A stretch of DNA of 64,000 bases from Corallochytrium limacisporum Hawaii (lineage: Eukaryota > Protista > Pluriformea): positions 62,001 through 126,000 of the forward strand of contig PDIP01000026.1 in the NCBI GenBank assembly GCA_002811645.1, given 5' to 3'. Shown piece after piece: positions 37,321 to 47,563 of this stretch. Both the position numbers and the translations under genes were made by a program. Each line of letters opens with the position of its first letter. Positions within the stretch are counted from its first letter, which is position 1. The notes beneath the pieces are model-generated. The model was not told the origin of the DNA and ran no database searches. It was given only the letters and a program-made list of their open reading frames with translations.

Positions 37321-37392
37321 TCACTGTGGTGTTCATGGCGCATGACTCATGATCGCGAGTGTGTCAATCGCGGCGGAGATACCAGCTTCTGC
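37321..37392 (-). pseudogene. Degenerate HisKA H-box remnant at the phytochrome 3' end
   Basis: In-frame reading AEAGISAAIDTLAIMSHAP*TPQ* aligns without gaps to the hybrid-kinase consensus [23 protein letters not shown]. Confidence 0.7.
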
Positions 37393-38991
37393 CTCGACGT
37401 TGTCACCCAGAAGATGCTGCGCTTTCTCATTCAGAAGAAAGTCTGTCAGACGCAGGCGAAGAAACTCAGCCTCCCGGAGCTGAATGTCGCTCCAAGGAGT
37501 GCTGGTATTGTGCACATTCTCGTGCCATGGAGCGAAAGACTTGCGAGGATGTAGGGACCAGCTGCCATCCTCATCGATTTGGATGCGCGTTTCGGGGTTA
37601 CCCGCCCAGGAAATGGTCCGCATGACTTCCCCCCGGAAGAAGAGCAGATAGTTCCTATCACCCGGTAGGATAACAGCCAACACACCACTGGCATGCTCAG
37701 TATACTTCACAGCCTCCGGGAAATGCGCAGACAGATGGTCCGTGGAGTATAGACCCCCCAGGTGCTGACCAAACCGTGTGTTTTCATCGGTGTTCATAAT
37801 CCATCGAAGCAGGTCCTCACAGAACTCGGTTGGAGGCACCCTTCCACGAACATGAACCTTACCGTCAATGCTCACGAGAGTGCCGGTGGCCTCAAACACA
37901 TCCATCAGGTCAGCAGTGAACTGTAGCAACTGATCTATGCTGTTCACCTGCGCCCTCTGCCCGTTCAGTGTCCGGTTTAGTTTCTCGTGCTGGCAGTTCA
38001 GGTGCTGGTGAATTGCCTGATAGTCAATCTTCAGTAGCTGCAGACTGCATGCTTGGGCAATGACTTCAAAATGAGATATGGCCTTCTTGCTCAGAGGGCG
38101 CGGAGAGTAATGGTAACAGAGAACTAGACCCCACAGCTTAGTGCCCTGGACAAGTGAGCAGGACATGGTTGCAGAGACGCCCATATTCTTCAGGTATTCA
38201 ATGTGCATCGGAGATACAGAACGGAGTGCTCCGTGGGTCATGTCCATGGGCTCCAGAGCAATGCAATCCTCGCTGACGCGGTATAGCCTACTGTCACCGC
38301 CGTTGACGTTACCGAGCACTCTCACTAGATTCTGGACATACAAGGCGCGAGCCTGGCGCGGAATGTCCGAGGCAGGGAAGTGCAGGCCAAGGTACCGATT
38401 CAAGGGCATCTCAGCAGCCTCGGCGACAACACAGCCGTTACCACTGCTGTCAAACTTGTAAATCATGACCCGGTCATATCCACTTATCCTTTTAATGCCC
38501 ATGACCAGGCTGTCGTAGCATTGACTGGCCTGCGTAGAGTTGAAGATGTCAGAGAGGACGTTGGAGAAGTTCTCAATGAGCAGATCCTCCATGTCGTGAT
38601 CGCATGCTTGGAATTCGATTCCGATCAGTCCATTGCCAGCACGGTAGAGATCGATATCTACAGGTTGAAGCTCATTGTCCTTAAAGGGCAACTTAACGGG
38701 TAGGTTCTTATAAACTTTATAGCGGCCGCTCTTCTGAAATTCCTGCAGGGCATCGCCCAAGCTGTGGCCCATTAGGTTCAGCATGCACTTTCCGCGGTAG
38801 TCCTCCAATTTACCTCCGAGGTGTTCTGTCACATTTTCGGAGACGATTTGGACAGTAAAAGTCGTTGGATGTACTACCACCAATGTGCCATGGGGCTGTA
38901 TACTACGAGGAGTATGCAGAGGAGCCAAATGGTGCTTCTCTACCAGTTCGCTGATGTCAATCCTCTGACCATTCTGCGCTCGCACCACCAT
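37333..38991 (-). CDS. Phytochrome photosensory core (PAS2-GAF-PHY) without an output kinase
   Basis: PLHTPRSIQPHG (PAS2); GYDRVMIYKF, HFPASDIP.QARALY and LRSVSPMHIEYLKNMGV (GAF); WAGNP and PRKSF tongue motifs (PHY). ORF ends at LAIMSHAP*. Confidence 0.95.
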   Translation of the reverse strand: MVVRAQNGQRIDISELVEKHHLAPLHTPRSIQPHGTLVVVHPTTFTVQIVSENVTEHLGGKLEDYRGKCMLNLMGHSLGDALQEFQKSGRYKVYKNLPVKLPFKDNELQPVDIDLYRAGNGLIGIEFQACDHDMEDLLIENFSNVLSDIFNSTQASQCYDSLVMGIKRISGYDRVMIYKFDSSGNGCVVAEAAEMPLNRYLGLHFPASDIPRQARALYVQNLVRVLGNVNGGDSRLYRVSEDCIALEPMDMTHGALRSVSPMHIEYLKNMGVSATMSCSLVQGTKLWGLVLCYHYSPRPLSKKAISHFEVIAQACSLQLLKIDYQAIHQHLNCQHEKLNRTLNGQRAQVNSIDQLLQFTADLMDVFEATGTLVSIDGKVHVRGRVPPTEFCEDLLRWIMNTDENTRFGQHLGGLYSTDHLSAHFPEAVKYTEHASGVLAVILPGDRNYLLFFRGEVMRTISWAGNPETRIQIDEDGSWSLHPRKSFAPWHENVHNTSTPWSDIQLREAEFLRLRLTDFLLNEKAQHLLGDNVEAEAGISAAIDTLAIMSHAP

Positions 38992-40891
38992 CTCGCAATG
39001 CTTGTATGGGTGCTATCCTTTTTGTCTGTAATCCAATAGTAGAGCCAGCGTTCAATTTTCACGTTTCTATGGATGGCTGGCTCACGTTCTTAGGGAAGCT
39101 AATCATGGGATATCTACCGTCCTGCTCTGAAGGTCCTGGGAGATGTTCATGCACCGCAACCTAAGTACCACCCCTGGATGTAGTAGATCTGAAAAGAGAT
39201 GCTGTAGACATACCATCGAGAGACCCGTTCTGTCAACATAAAGAAAAGCCACAAGAAGAAACAAAAGGCGCTCAGGACCCTGGGGAGTTGGGCCTCATTC
39301 TTGAGTATCCCGAATAAGACTGAGGATAGCCAATACATGTTCCCTTTGCATGCCACCCACCCTTCCCCCCATGGACCCACCCAACCCGGGCCGGGAGGGT
39401 CGGGGGGTGGCTGTCCCTCGCCCCTTTCCTCGGTAACTGACTCTTTCCGTCCCCCGTCGTTGCGAACGTATAAAATTTGGACAACCGAAATTGCGGAAAC
39501 TCCGAGCACGCCCGCTCTCCCCCGGGGGGGGCCGGGAAAGCCCAAGTTTGCTACCCGCCCGACCAGGCTGAGACGCAAGGTTGGGAGAAGCGGGAAAGCA
39601 CGGAGAGGAAGGTGGGGGGGTGGGGGGACATTGAAGAGGAATCCCGTCTNNNNNNNNNNNNNNNNNNNNNNNNNNNNNNNNNNNNNNNNNNNNNGGGGGG
39701 GACATTGAAGAGGAATCCCGTCTCGCCTCGCTTGTGCCCGTCCGGACGGGTAGCCAAAACCGAGAATTTTATGCTTCTGCCGGGGTATGAAAGGGGAGAT
39801 TGTGGGTGTCAAATTCCTTTTTTTTTTCCTCGTCTTTTTCCTTTATTTTAAAAGAAACCAATCTGGAAACCCACGTAACTTCCACATTCCACCCCAGACT
39901 CTTTGTTTCATTGTAACCATTCATCGGTGCAAGGGAAAGGAGGGGAGGACGTAGTTCGGACTAAAGCGATCCTTAAGATGAATTCCGCATAATCTTGGCA
40001 CAGAAAATGAAACGAAGTGGCTGGCTGGACGTAGCAGGCGCGCACTGAACGGTTATTCTACTGCCACCAACGTCTCACACGAGGAGACACGCATGGTGGT
40101 GCATACTCCGTAGAAAGGAAAGTGACGAGCAAGCATGTTGAACAGCCATAAACGGATGCATTCTGTGAAAGCGATAGCTCTCTGGCTTAAACAGATGCGA
40201 GTGCTCTGAGTTACCAACTTCCTATTCATGATGCAAAGGGCCTCTTCCACCTTAGGGGCACAGGATTTCAATGCAAGATCTCCATTGCTAGAGAACCATG
40301 AACAGGAAAATTTGAACCGCAGTCTTCTGGTTCCCGATAAGTATGGATGGTGGGAATACAGCAACAAAGAGGTGGCCGTTTGTCGGACATGAACGTTAAC
40401 ATCACTTTGTAGGTACTTCGTGTCGAACAGACATCCTACGCACAGGTTTGGCTGCGACATACGCATGCGTGCACGGATACCATACTGTTCACGACACCAC
40501 TCCACTCCCCTCAGACATCAAGAGAATTTTATTGCGGAGGAGGACAGTTGTAATTTAGCTATACCCTAATAACATCATTATTTTATTTTAAATCGAGAGT
40601 CCATTTTTCGCTTAACTATAGCCCAGGGACTGGTTTATTTTTTTTGCGTGTGGTCCCTGAACGCACCTTTGCTTTGGCGCGCGGCTCCGTGTAGGGCGAT
40701 GGGACTGGTCACGAGTTCTCAGCAAAGCTAAGCCGGGGTCACTAATTTGCGCGCAAGTTTGCAGGTCCTAAACTCGGTGATATCTGCACAAACATGGATG
40801 AAGTTTCAATCAGTGTTACAAACCGCGCGATGACATTAGTCTATGAGTAGTATGTAATCAGCCTGTCTGATTGGAACAGAGGTGCTCAATC

Positions 40892-42547
40892 ATGGTTGCA
40901 CCATCCCAAGAGGCTTCGTGGCCGACCACGGTCAATTGGCCATGTTACGAATATGGCGGGCAACTGCGGGACCATCACAAAGGTGTTCCGTCACAGTCCG
41001 CACTGACATCAATCAGGCTTGATGGTACTCTTAAGCGGCAGACACTTCAGCTCAAATGCCACCAGGAGGGCTGCTCCGACCTGCCAGACACTGTGTCCAA
41101 AGGTATCTTCAAAGGCAAGGGACTGCATCGATTTGACGACTCCTTATTGGCACAAGGACAAGGAAGTCGAAAACGAAGAAGGGTACATGACCAGGGCAAT
41201 GGTCTAGCTGCTGTATTGGCGGATCTTCCAATCTTGCGAGGGCCATCCATCTCAAAAGAGAATTTTCTGGCGCAGTTGAAGTCCTCAAACAAGCTCAGTT
41301 CCTTTGATCCAAAGTGTGTTCGCTGTATTTCCTGGCATCCTAATGATGCTAACTTGCTTGCTGTTGCTTTTGCTGATGACTCGGTGTGGATTTATGACTG
41401 GCGGAGTGAGCAACATGTGCGTTCCCAAAGTGAAGATGGTGTAGATGAAGAGTACCATACACTGGGTGGCCCCAGTGCTCGGCCATTGCGGGATGTGCGT
41501 CAGAGCAATATCATCTCCTTAGCATGGCGCCCGACTTCACGGTCGATCTTGGCAGTGGGTTGTCCAGCAGGCGTTATTCTTTGGCGAGGTATCGCCACCA
41601 GCCGTACTCAGGCACGATTGCTCAACCAGGACGATTTTGTCTTCGATGGAGACAAGAGTTCATTGGGATCCAAGCTCATCAACTTGATCTCCGGATCGTC
41701 CGCAGGGTCCGCTATTGCAACGACAGATCTTGATGGTGCGTGTGTGACATCACTATCCTGGAGCCCGGACGGCCGCCTGCTCGCTGGTGCGTCTCCCTTG
41801 GACACATCGATCCACGTTTGGAATCTGTCCTTGAGTACGGTGACCGGGCTGCGGTGTGCAGGAATCACACACGGGTTTTCTCAAGTGCTCTTCACCCAGG
41901 ATGGAACCTACCTGTGGGCCACGGGCAGTGAAGGTGATGCGGCGTCCTGGCCCACAGCGACCTGGGACGTTGTTCGATGGAACACTCATGGGATGCGTAT
42001 CACCTCAATCGCAGGTGTTGAAGGCACTTCGTCTGTAATTGTTACGTACGAAAAAGAGAGCTATGTATACCTTCTGGGCACGGATGTACCTCAGGCAGGA
42101 ACAAGGTGCGACTTGCTTATGGATCTGAGCAAGCACATCACGCCCAACGTTGGAGACGGGATTGGTGTCATACCCGTCTCCTTGGCCGTGAACAATGCGG
42201 GTAACAGATTGGCAGTAATCCTTTCCAGTGGAGGCAGAGAAGATGACTACGCCGTGGCGCTATTCTCGATTAGTGTCACGGATGGGCTGACGCGGAACAT
42301 TCAGCTCATTGGGCTAGTTGGTGCTCCTGAGGGTGCCACCGGAGGGCCTCGGCATATTAGCTTCACCGAGACCGGGAAAACCCAACCCAGGGACGGCAAT
42401 GGCGCCGCTCGATCACTGACACCTGGTAAATTCAAGTACGACAGTTTAGACTGCTCAGTGCTGAATGTATTGTGGCCGAGTAAGACTGACGATGAGCGGG
42501 TCAATGAGTGGATGATGCGTGCCGTGCCGTGCTTCTACATGACTTGA
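40892..42547 (+). CDS. AAAS: Aladin-like WD40 nucleoporin
   Basis: SWHP..LAVA..DD.V.IY, LRDVRQSNIISLAWRPTSRSILAVGC..GVILW and VTSLSWSPDGRLL..ASPLD..I.VW match aladin WD repeats. First ATG at 40892. Confidence 0.85.
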   Translation: MVAPSQEASWPTTVNWPCYEYGGQLRDHHKGVPSQSALTSIRLDGTLKRQTLQLKCHQEGCSDLPDTVSKGIFKGKGLHRFDDSLLAQGQGSRKRRRVHDQGNGLAAVLADLPILRGPSISKENFLAQLKSSNKLSSFDPKCVRCISWHPNDANLLAVAFADDSVWIYDWRSEQHVRSQSEDGVDEEYHTLGGPSARPLRDVRQSNIISLAWRPTSRSILAVGCPAGVILWRGIATSRTQARLLNQDDFVFDGDKSSLGSKLINLISGSSAGSAIATTDLDGACVTSLSWSPDGRLLAGASPLDTSIHVWNLSLSTVTGLRCAGITHGFSQVLFTQDGTYLWATGSEGDAASWPTATWDVVRWNTHGMRITSIAGVEGTSSVIVTYEKESYVYLLGTDVPQAGTRCDLLMDLSKHITPNVGDGIGVIPVSLAVNNAGNRLAVILSSGGREDDYAVALFSISVTDGLTRNIQLIGLVGAPEGATGGPRHISFTETGKTQPRDGNGAARSLTPGKFKYDSLDCSVLNVLWPSKTDDERVNEWMMRAVPCFYMT

Positions 42548-42622
42548 CCTGATCCCTGTCCTAATATGTACTACTAGTAGCATGTATTCATTACATTCTT
42601 TAAAATCATTATTCCTTTTAGC

Positions 42623-42964
42623 CTATCGACGACGGTCTACAGGTGCTTGTGCCTTAATTGTCTTCGTTGGCTTTCTGGCTTCCTGACGTTGCTTCTGCTG
42701 AAAAATGGGGGCGTTTTGCAGCATATCCGGCAGAATGAAGAATCTAATCTTGGATCCCCGAATATACACATGCTGTAAGTCCTCCACCTTCCCATCTCTG
42801 TGTGTTCGAGTGACATTTACAAGTTGGCAATTCATGTTATCTTCTGCAGACTCCAGTCTTCCCCTATATACTTCCCCTGTGGTTGTCTCCAGTGTTACCG
42901 TGTGGCCGATTGCTTCACTGAGCAGCTTAATGGGAACTCCGATGGCAATTTTGCTTCCCCCCAT
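42623..42964 (-). CDS. SNRPD3: Small nuclear ribonucleoprotein Sm D3
   Basis: [34 protein letters not shown]...[19 protein letters not shown]. First ATG at 42964. Confidence 0.96.
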   Translation of the reverse strand: MGGSKIAIGVPIKLLSEAIGHTVTLETTTGEVYRGRLESAEDNMNCQLVNVTRTHRDGKVEDLQHVYIRGSKIRFFILPDMLQNAPIFQQKQRQEARKPTKTIKAQAPVDRRR

Positions 42965-43144
42965 TGTAAGTTTCGTGGACACCTACAAGACAATAATTAA
43001 ATATATTACTTAATTATAAAGAACTCATTTTTCCTTAGATCTCGAGTAAAGTATGTTGCTTCAAATATCCATTCACCGGCAGAGAAGCCCACATGGAAAG
43101 CCGGATCGGCCGAGTTGTCCACTTGTCCGGGCTGGCCTACACTG

Positions 43145-43164
43145 CCCCCCCCCCCGGGGGGGGG
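43145..43164. promoter_or_regulatory. C11G9 palindromic tract in the SmD3/USP divergent promoter; representative of about a dozen C(n)G(n) tracts
   Basis: The sequence is directly visible; the regulatory role is inferred only from recurrent position upstream of genes. Confidence 0.4.
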
Positions 43165-43372
43165 CGGCGCGAAAAGTACAAAACTGGATAGTGTGCTCAG
43201 TAAGAGCCTCTGCAGCCCCTGGGGGAGACCCGGACGGGGGCAGCTACTATTTGGATCGCATCATTACTACGTTAAACCACGACAATGCGTTCACAAGGAG
43301 CCACACAGAAACACTTGAAAATCACAATGCTGGTCACATATAGGTTAATATAATAGAGCAACAAGCGGCAAA

Positions 43373-45256
43373 ATGCCAATTGATCCTACTCATTGGAACG
43401 CGCTGGTCACGCGATCAAGCCTGGTACACAAGTCCGTGGGGAAAGAGAATGAGATGGCCATTCCAACAGCAGGGGGAAAGAGAGCTGGTCGAAAGAAAAG
43501 CAAAAGATCGGCGTTGAACACCAAGCCTGACAATGAGATAACGCAAACAGAAACAGACAAGGAGAGAACAGTGTCCACAAAGCGACAGTCATACACTGCA
43601 AGTAAAGAAAGCAAGAAGCAAACGGAAAGTGAGGAAGATGGAGAACACACAAACCATTCCGAAACAGATAAAAAGACCCAGCAGAACACACTGAGCAACA
43701 TGTTTTCACACCTGTGGAAGACGACCCCAAAAACATTACCTGCTACAGGCAATGACAGACCACATTGTACGAATTCGGGGGAAGATTACATTGATGACAA
43801 ACCCTTAACGAATGTCCGAGCTCTTGACTCGAACTTTTTGCGCACGAAAGGGAAGGACGATGGGGCAGAATCGAATCACTCGGTCCAGATGAAGAATTCT
43901 GACCCTGCGCTGCCAAAGACAGGTATTCACCCAATAGCGGGACACGACAACACGGAGGAATCAGACTCGACTGGATCGAGTCCAACGCGAAAGAAGCGCA
44001 GAACGAAGCCGAAAGAGTCTCCAGCATCAGCAGCGAGAAGGAAAGCGATGGAAGTAGAAGAAGAGGCAGACCGGAAAAAGAAAGCAAAAGCTGCCGCACT
44101 TGGCAACCTCATGGCAGGTTTCCAGAGGAATGCGAAAAGACAAGAACTTGTAGAGGCGGAGGCGGAAAGCGATAATGTACTTACAGGTCTCAGGAACATG
44201 GGACATACCTGCTTCGTGAACAGCGTGCTACAAGTGCTCAGGATGTCAAAGCTATTCCGAGAAGCCGTTGAAGTACAAGTTTCAAAGTGCGGGAATCCCG
44301 CTCCATCCTTGCTATTGAGTTTGCAGCGATTAATGCGGGACATGGACGCAATGGACTCACTTGGGGTTGAAGGCAAGCGACCGTCCTCTCTAAGTCCTGA
44401 AGAATTTCTGCAGGTTTTCCGTGCGCAGACAGGGGATCTCTTTCCAGCATTCATCCAACACGATGCGCATGAATTCTTCTCTGTGCTACTCAATAACTTA
44501 GATCCCGAGAAAAGTACTCGGAACGAGGTCGTGGAAGTTGTTCGGTCAAAGGCTGTGGAAGGGGATGACGGAGTACTTGGTATATTTTCGGGTGTCTTGA
44601 AACATATCACTCAATGCAGTGAATGTGAGACTCCGCGCGCACAGTTCGAAGCCTTCATGGAACTTCCGTTTCGCCTGAAGTCCGCTAGCTCGGCCCAGAG
44701 TCCAGGCACCTCTCCTGTGCGGAAAACGTGTGCCAGAACTCCCAGCACAAAGCTGGCCATAGGTGCGTTGAAGCTACCCACAAGACTACGAGGACAGAAC
44801 AAACTGGAGTGCGATACGTGTCGCTGTGTTCAGGAAGCCAGGCGTTTCACGCGCGTCGAAAAGCTACCCCCAGTTGTTGTTTTCCATGTGCAAAGATTTG
44901 AGTATGATACCATGATGCGCCAACGAAAGATTGCACAGTCGATTGTGGTTGACGACAATATTAGCTTTGGCACGGCTGGTACGGATCACTGTGTACGTAG
45001 GAAAGCAGTCTACCGGCTCCACGGTGCCATTTTCCACAGTGGCGAGACAACCACGTCCGGGCATTACACGTCTGCTGTGCGCATCACTGATCCGGAGATA
45101 ATTCAAAGAGTAAATTCCTTGGACGTCACACGGTCCACACAAACTGAGGACGACCTGTGGATTCACTTCGACGATTCAAAGACGAGACTCTTGAGCTCTG
45201 CTAATGATGAACTTGGCCGAAAGAGCTATCTTCTTGTTTACCACGCTGAAGGATGA
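43373..45256 (+). CDS. Ubiquitin-specific protease (C19 family), USP1-like
   Basis: Cys box GLRNMGHTCFVNSVLQ, QHDAHEF, two CxxC pairs, His box HSGETTTSGHYTS and WIHFDDS. The His box resembles USP1; subfamily call is tentative. Confidence 0.92.
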   Translation: MPIDPTHWNALVTRSSLVHKSVGKENEMAIPTAGGKRAGRKKSKRSALNTKPDNEITQTETDKERTVSTKRQSYTASKESKKQTESEEDGEHTNHSETDKKTQQNTLSNMFSHLWKTTPKTLPATGNDRPHCTNSGEDYIDDKPLTNVRALDSNFLRTKGKDDGAESNHSVQMKNSDPALPKTGIHPIAGHDNTEESDSTGSSPTRKKRRTKPKESPASAARRKAMEVEEEADRKKKAKAAALGNLMAGFQRNAKRQELVEAEAESDNVLTGLRNMGHTCFVNSVLQVLRMSKLFREAVEVQVSKCGNPAPSLLLSLQRLMRDMDAMDSLGVEGKRPSSLSPEEFLQVFRAQTGDLFPAFIQHDAHEFFSVLLNNLDPEKSTRNEVVEVVRSKAVEGDDGVLGIFSGVLKHITQCSECETPRAQFEAFMELPFRLKSASSAQSPGTSPVRKTCARTPSTKLAIGALKLPTRLRGQNKLECDTCRCVQEARRFTRVEKLPPVVVFHVQRFEYDTMMRQRKIAQSIVVDDNISFGTAGTDHCVRRKAVYRLHGAIFHSGETTTSGHYTSAVRITDPEIIQRVNSLDVTRSTQTEDDLWIHFDDSKTRLLSSANDELGRKSYLLVYHAEG

Positions 45257-45424
45257 AGAAATTAGCCAGGGAACAATGACATTCCCAACTCCTTATTCTG
45301 GTACACTTCTTTGAGATTATATTATAGAGGACACCTTTGCTATCCTTATGATTAGTCCATGAACGATCATAACTATTGATGGTGGCATGCCACACCCGCA
45401 TATGCAACATGGGCCGTTGTGTAC

Positions 45425-47014
45425 CTAAGCAGTATCTTCGTGCACAAGGAGGTCCGTGTAGCCAGACGTAGTGAGGGGTTTGCGCATCTTCAGTGCTTCT
45501 TCAACTTTGTCCCGATTGTACTTTTCTTCACGTATGAACTTTGCCTTGATTTGCTTACGATTGCGCTTGGGCATAATACGTTGGATCAGGCTGAAATCTG
45601 TGCCACACGTTGACAAACCATAGTAGAAGAGATCCGTCTCCTCCTTACTCCATTTGTCAACCGTTGCACGATTGGCAAAGGACCAATAAGTCACATGATT
45701 TCCGTACTCCTGGACCACCCGACGTGTCAGTGCTTCTCGCTCGCGCTCCCGAAGCTCACTAGCGTTCACACTTAGGGATTGTGGATCCAGAACAATGTCT
45801 CCCGTCTCGCTGACCCGTACCTGGGGCGCGAAAATAGAGGATCCACTTCGTCCAGCAGTCGCTTTGTCGGCCGGAACATCATTCCGGGGCGAGTCCACAG
45901 GGCTCTCCACAGGAGCAGGTGACCCGACCGCCGATGTTTGCGGTGATTCCAATTCACCCCCACTCTCCCGGGTTGCGGTGACACTGCTAATTTCTGAAGA
46001 TGCCATCCTTGCCGCGCGACGTCGCTGGCGAGTCAGCAAACGCTTTTCCACTACGTCCTGCATGGGTCGGGTTTTGGGATTAAAGATGATGTAGTCCTTC
46101 ATCAGATGCGGACCCTTGCGATTTCGAATTGCCTTAAGTAGATTTTTCTTCTTTTCGCGATAATTGGACAAAGGCACCGCATCCCTGTGAAGGCCAGGTA
46201 CCGGCACTAGTGCCATTCCGTCGCTTGCGTGCTCTGCATCCTCTGATTCATCTGCCGGTCTCGCACCTTCTGCTTCATCACCTGGCGACGCAGAATTTTT
46301 TCTTTTACCTAGAGAGGATGTCAAGGATCGTGACGGTAGATGACCTTCCTTCAGCATGGGAGTAGATGATGGTGCGGAGCGGTCAAAGGTGACGTACTCA
46401 TTGTCACCGAAAGCTACCGTTTTCGCCTGCCGCCCAGTAGCATCCTTGGGTGCAAACGACGACTTGCCCTTTCGAATGCTCGACTGTGGTGTGGAAATGG
46501 TCGACGGTGCTGCTTCCTTTTCTGATTGAGAAGCCGGTCTTGGTGTAGAGCTAGCACTAAGAATTCGCGGCGGGCGCATTCGGTGACTCCGTGGTGTACT
46601 GATCGGTGTTCCTTGTTGTGATGTCGTGGGCGTTGGCAGCGATTGACCTGCACTTGTGTCCAATGCTGTGGCTTGCGTTGCCTCTGTGTCGTCGTTGGCT
46701 GACGCATCCTGGTTGCCCGCTGATAACACAGGGGCCGCCTCCTGGGTTGTCGCACTGGACGACGGTCTGCGCGGCCTATCTCGGCGAATATTGGGTCCAA
46801 ATCTGCGCTTGCCGGAAACTGTAGCCGCAGCTGCTGCTGTTTCTTCATTTTCTAATTTTGCTTTTACCACTGGTGACGGCCGTCCGCGAGCTCTGCTCAC
46901 ACGAGGTCCCGGTTTTCGTCTCACTTCCGCAGCGTCCTGAGACTCTTCCTTTACCGTATCCTTGTCTTTATCCTGGTCTCTTGCAGAAGATCGGCGTGTG
47001 CGCGTTACTGCCAT
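45425..47014 (-). CDS. BDP1: TFIIIB B'' subunit (BDP1)
   Basis: APQVRV...G.IVLD..SL block and SANT domain KWSKEETDLFY.GLS.CGTDFSLI...P.RNRKQIKAKF.REEK.N. Confidence 0.93.
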   Translation of the reverse strand: MAVTRTRRSSARDQDKDKDTVKEESQDAAEVRRKPGPRVSRARGRPSPVVKAKLENEETAAAAATVSGKRRFGPNIRRDRPRRPSSSATTQEAAPVLSAGNQDASANDDTEATQATALDTSAGQSLPTPTTSQQGTPISTPRSHRMRPPRILSASSTPRPASQSEKEAAPSTISTPQSSIRKGKSSFAPKDATGRQAKTVAFGDNEYVTFDRSAPSSTPMLKEGHLPSRSLTSSLGKRKNSASPGDEAEGARPADESEDAEHASDGMALVPVPGLHRDAVPLSNYREKKKNLLKAIRNRKGPHLMKDYIIFNPKTRPMQDVVEKRLLTRQRRRAARMASSEISSVTATRESGGELESPQTSAVGSPAPVESPVDSPRNDVPADKATAGRSGSSIFAPQVRVSETGDIVLDPQSLSVNASELREREREALTRRVVQEYGNHVTYWSFANRATVDKWSKEETDLFYYGLSTCGTDFSLIQRIMPKRNRKQIKAKFIREEKYNRDKVEEALKMRKPLTTSGYTDLLVHEDTA

Positions 47015-47563
47015 GATTATATGATTAAATTATACAATACGGAAATTGTTTACATTTTGCTCGCTTCGATATTCTGTTCGTGGGTTAGTCTGTCAGTATT
47101 CTTTCTCCCTAACTTCCGTGCAACACTCTGTGCTTGGCATGAAGCCTTTAAATTTCATGTTCCCGGTCAAGTACTAGACCTTAGGATTGTCACCTTAACA
47201 TATTTCAAATATCTTGGACTCTCTTGAAAAGAAAGTTGGCACGACTCGTTCGCCTTCACCGGCCATCCACCGCTATGGCCCACGAAACGCAGGTCCCACG
47301 GAGACAGCGCGCAGTCCACTCTTCCTTTTGGCGGGTCTCTCGCGGCTCAGTACTTTCACAACGGGTCCCCAGGCAAACGAGGGGGGATCGGTGGTGGTAT
47401 GCCCACCAAAGGGAAGTGGAGGGGAAGGGGGGAGCGGGAATTCGCTGAGTCGTAAAATATTTCGTTGGAGCGCTTTCGTATGTAAACGAATTCTTGCAAT
47501 TCGCGCAGGTGAGATATATTTCTATTGGGGGCGGGGGATGTTTTATGCGCGGGTCGGGTCGAT

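Noticed and set aside
39623-39724. Direct repeat gggggacattgaagaggaatcccgtct on both sides of a gap; similar duplication around 30961-31082
   Set aside because: Identical sequence flanking an N-gap is most simply an unmerged contig overlap, not a biological repeat or target-site duplication.
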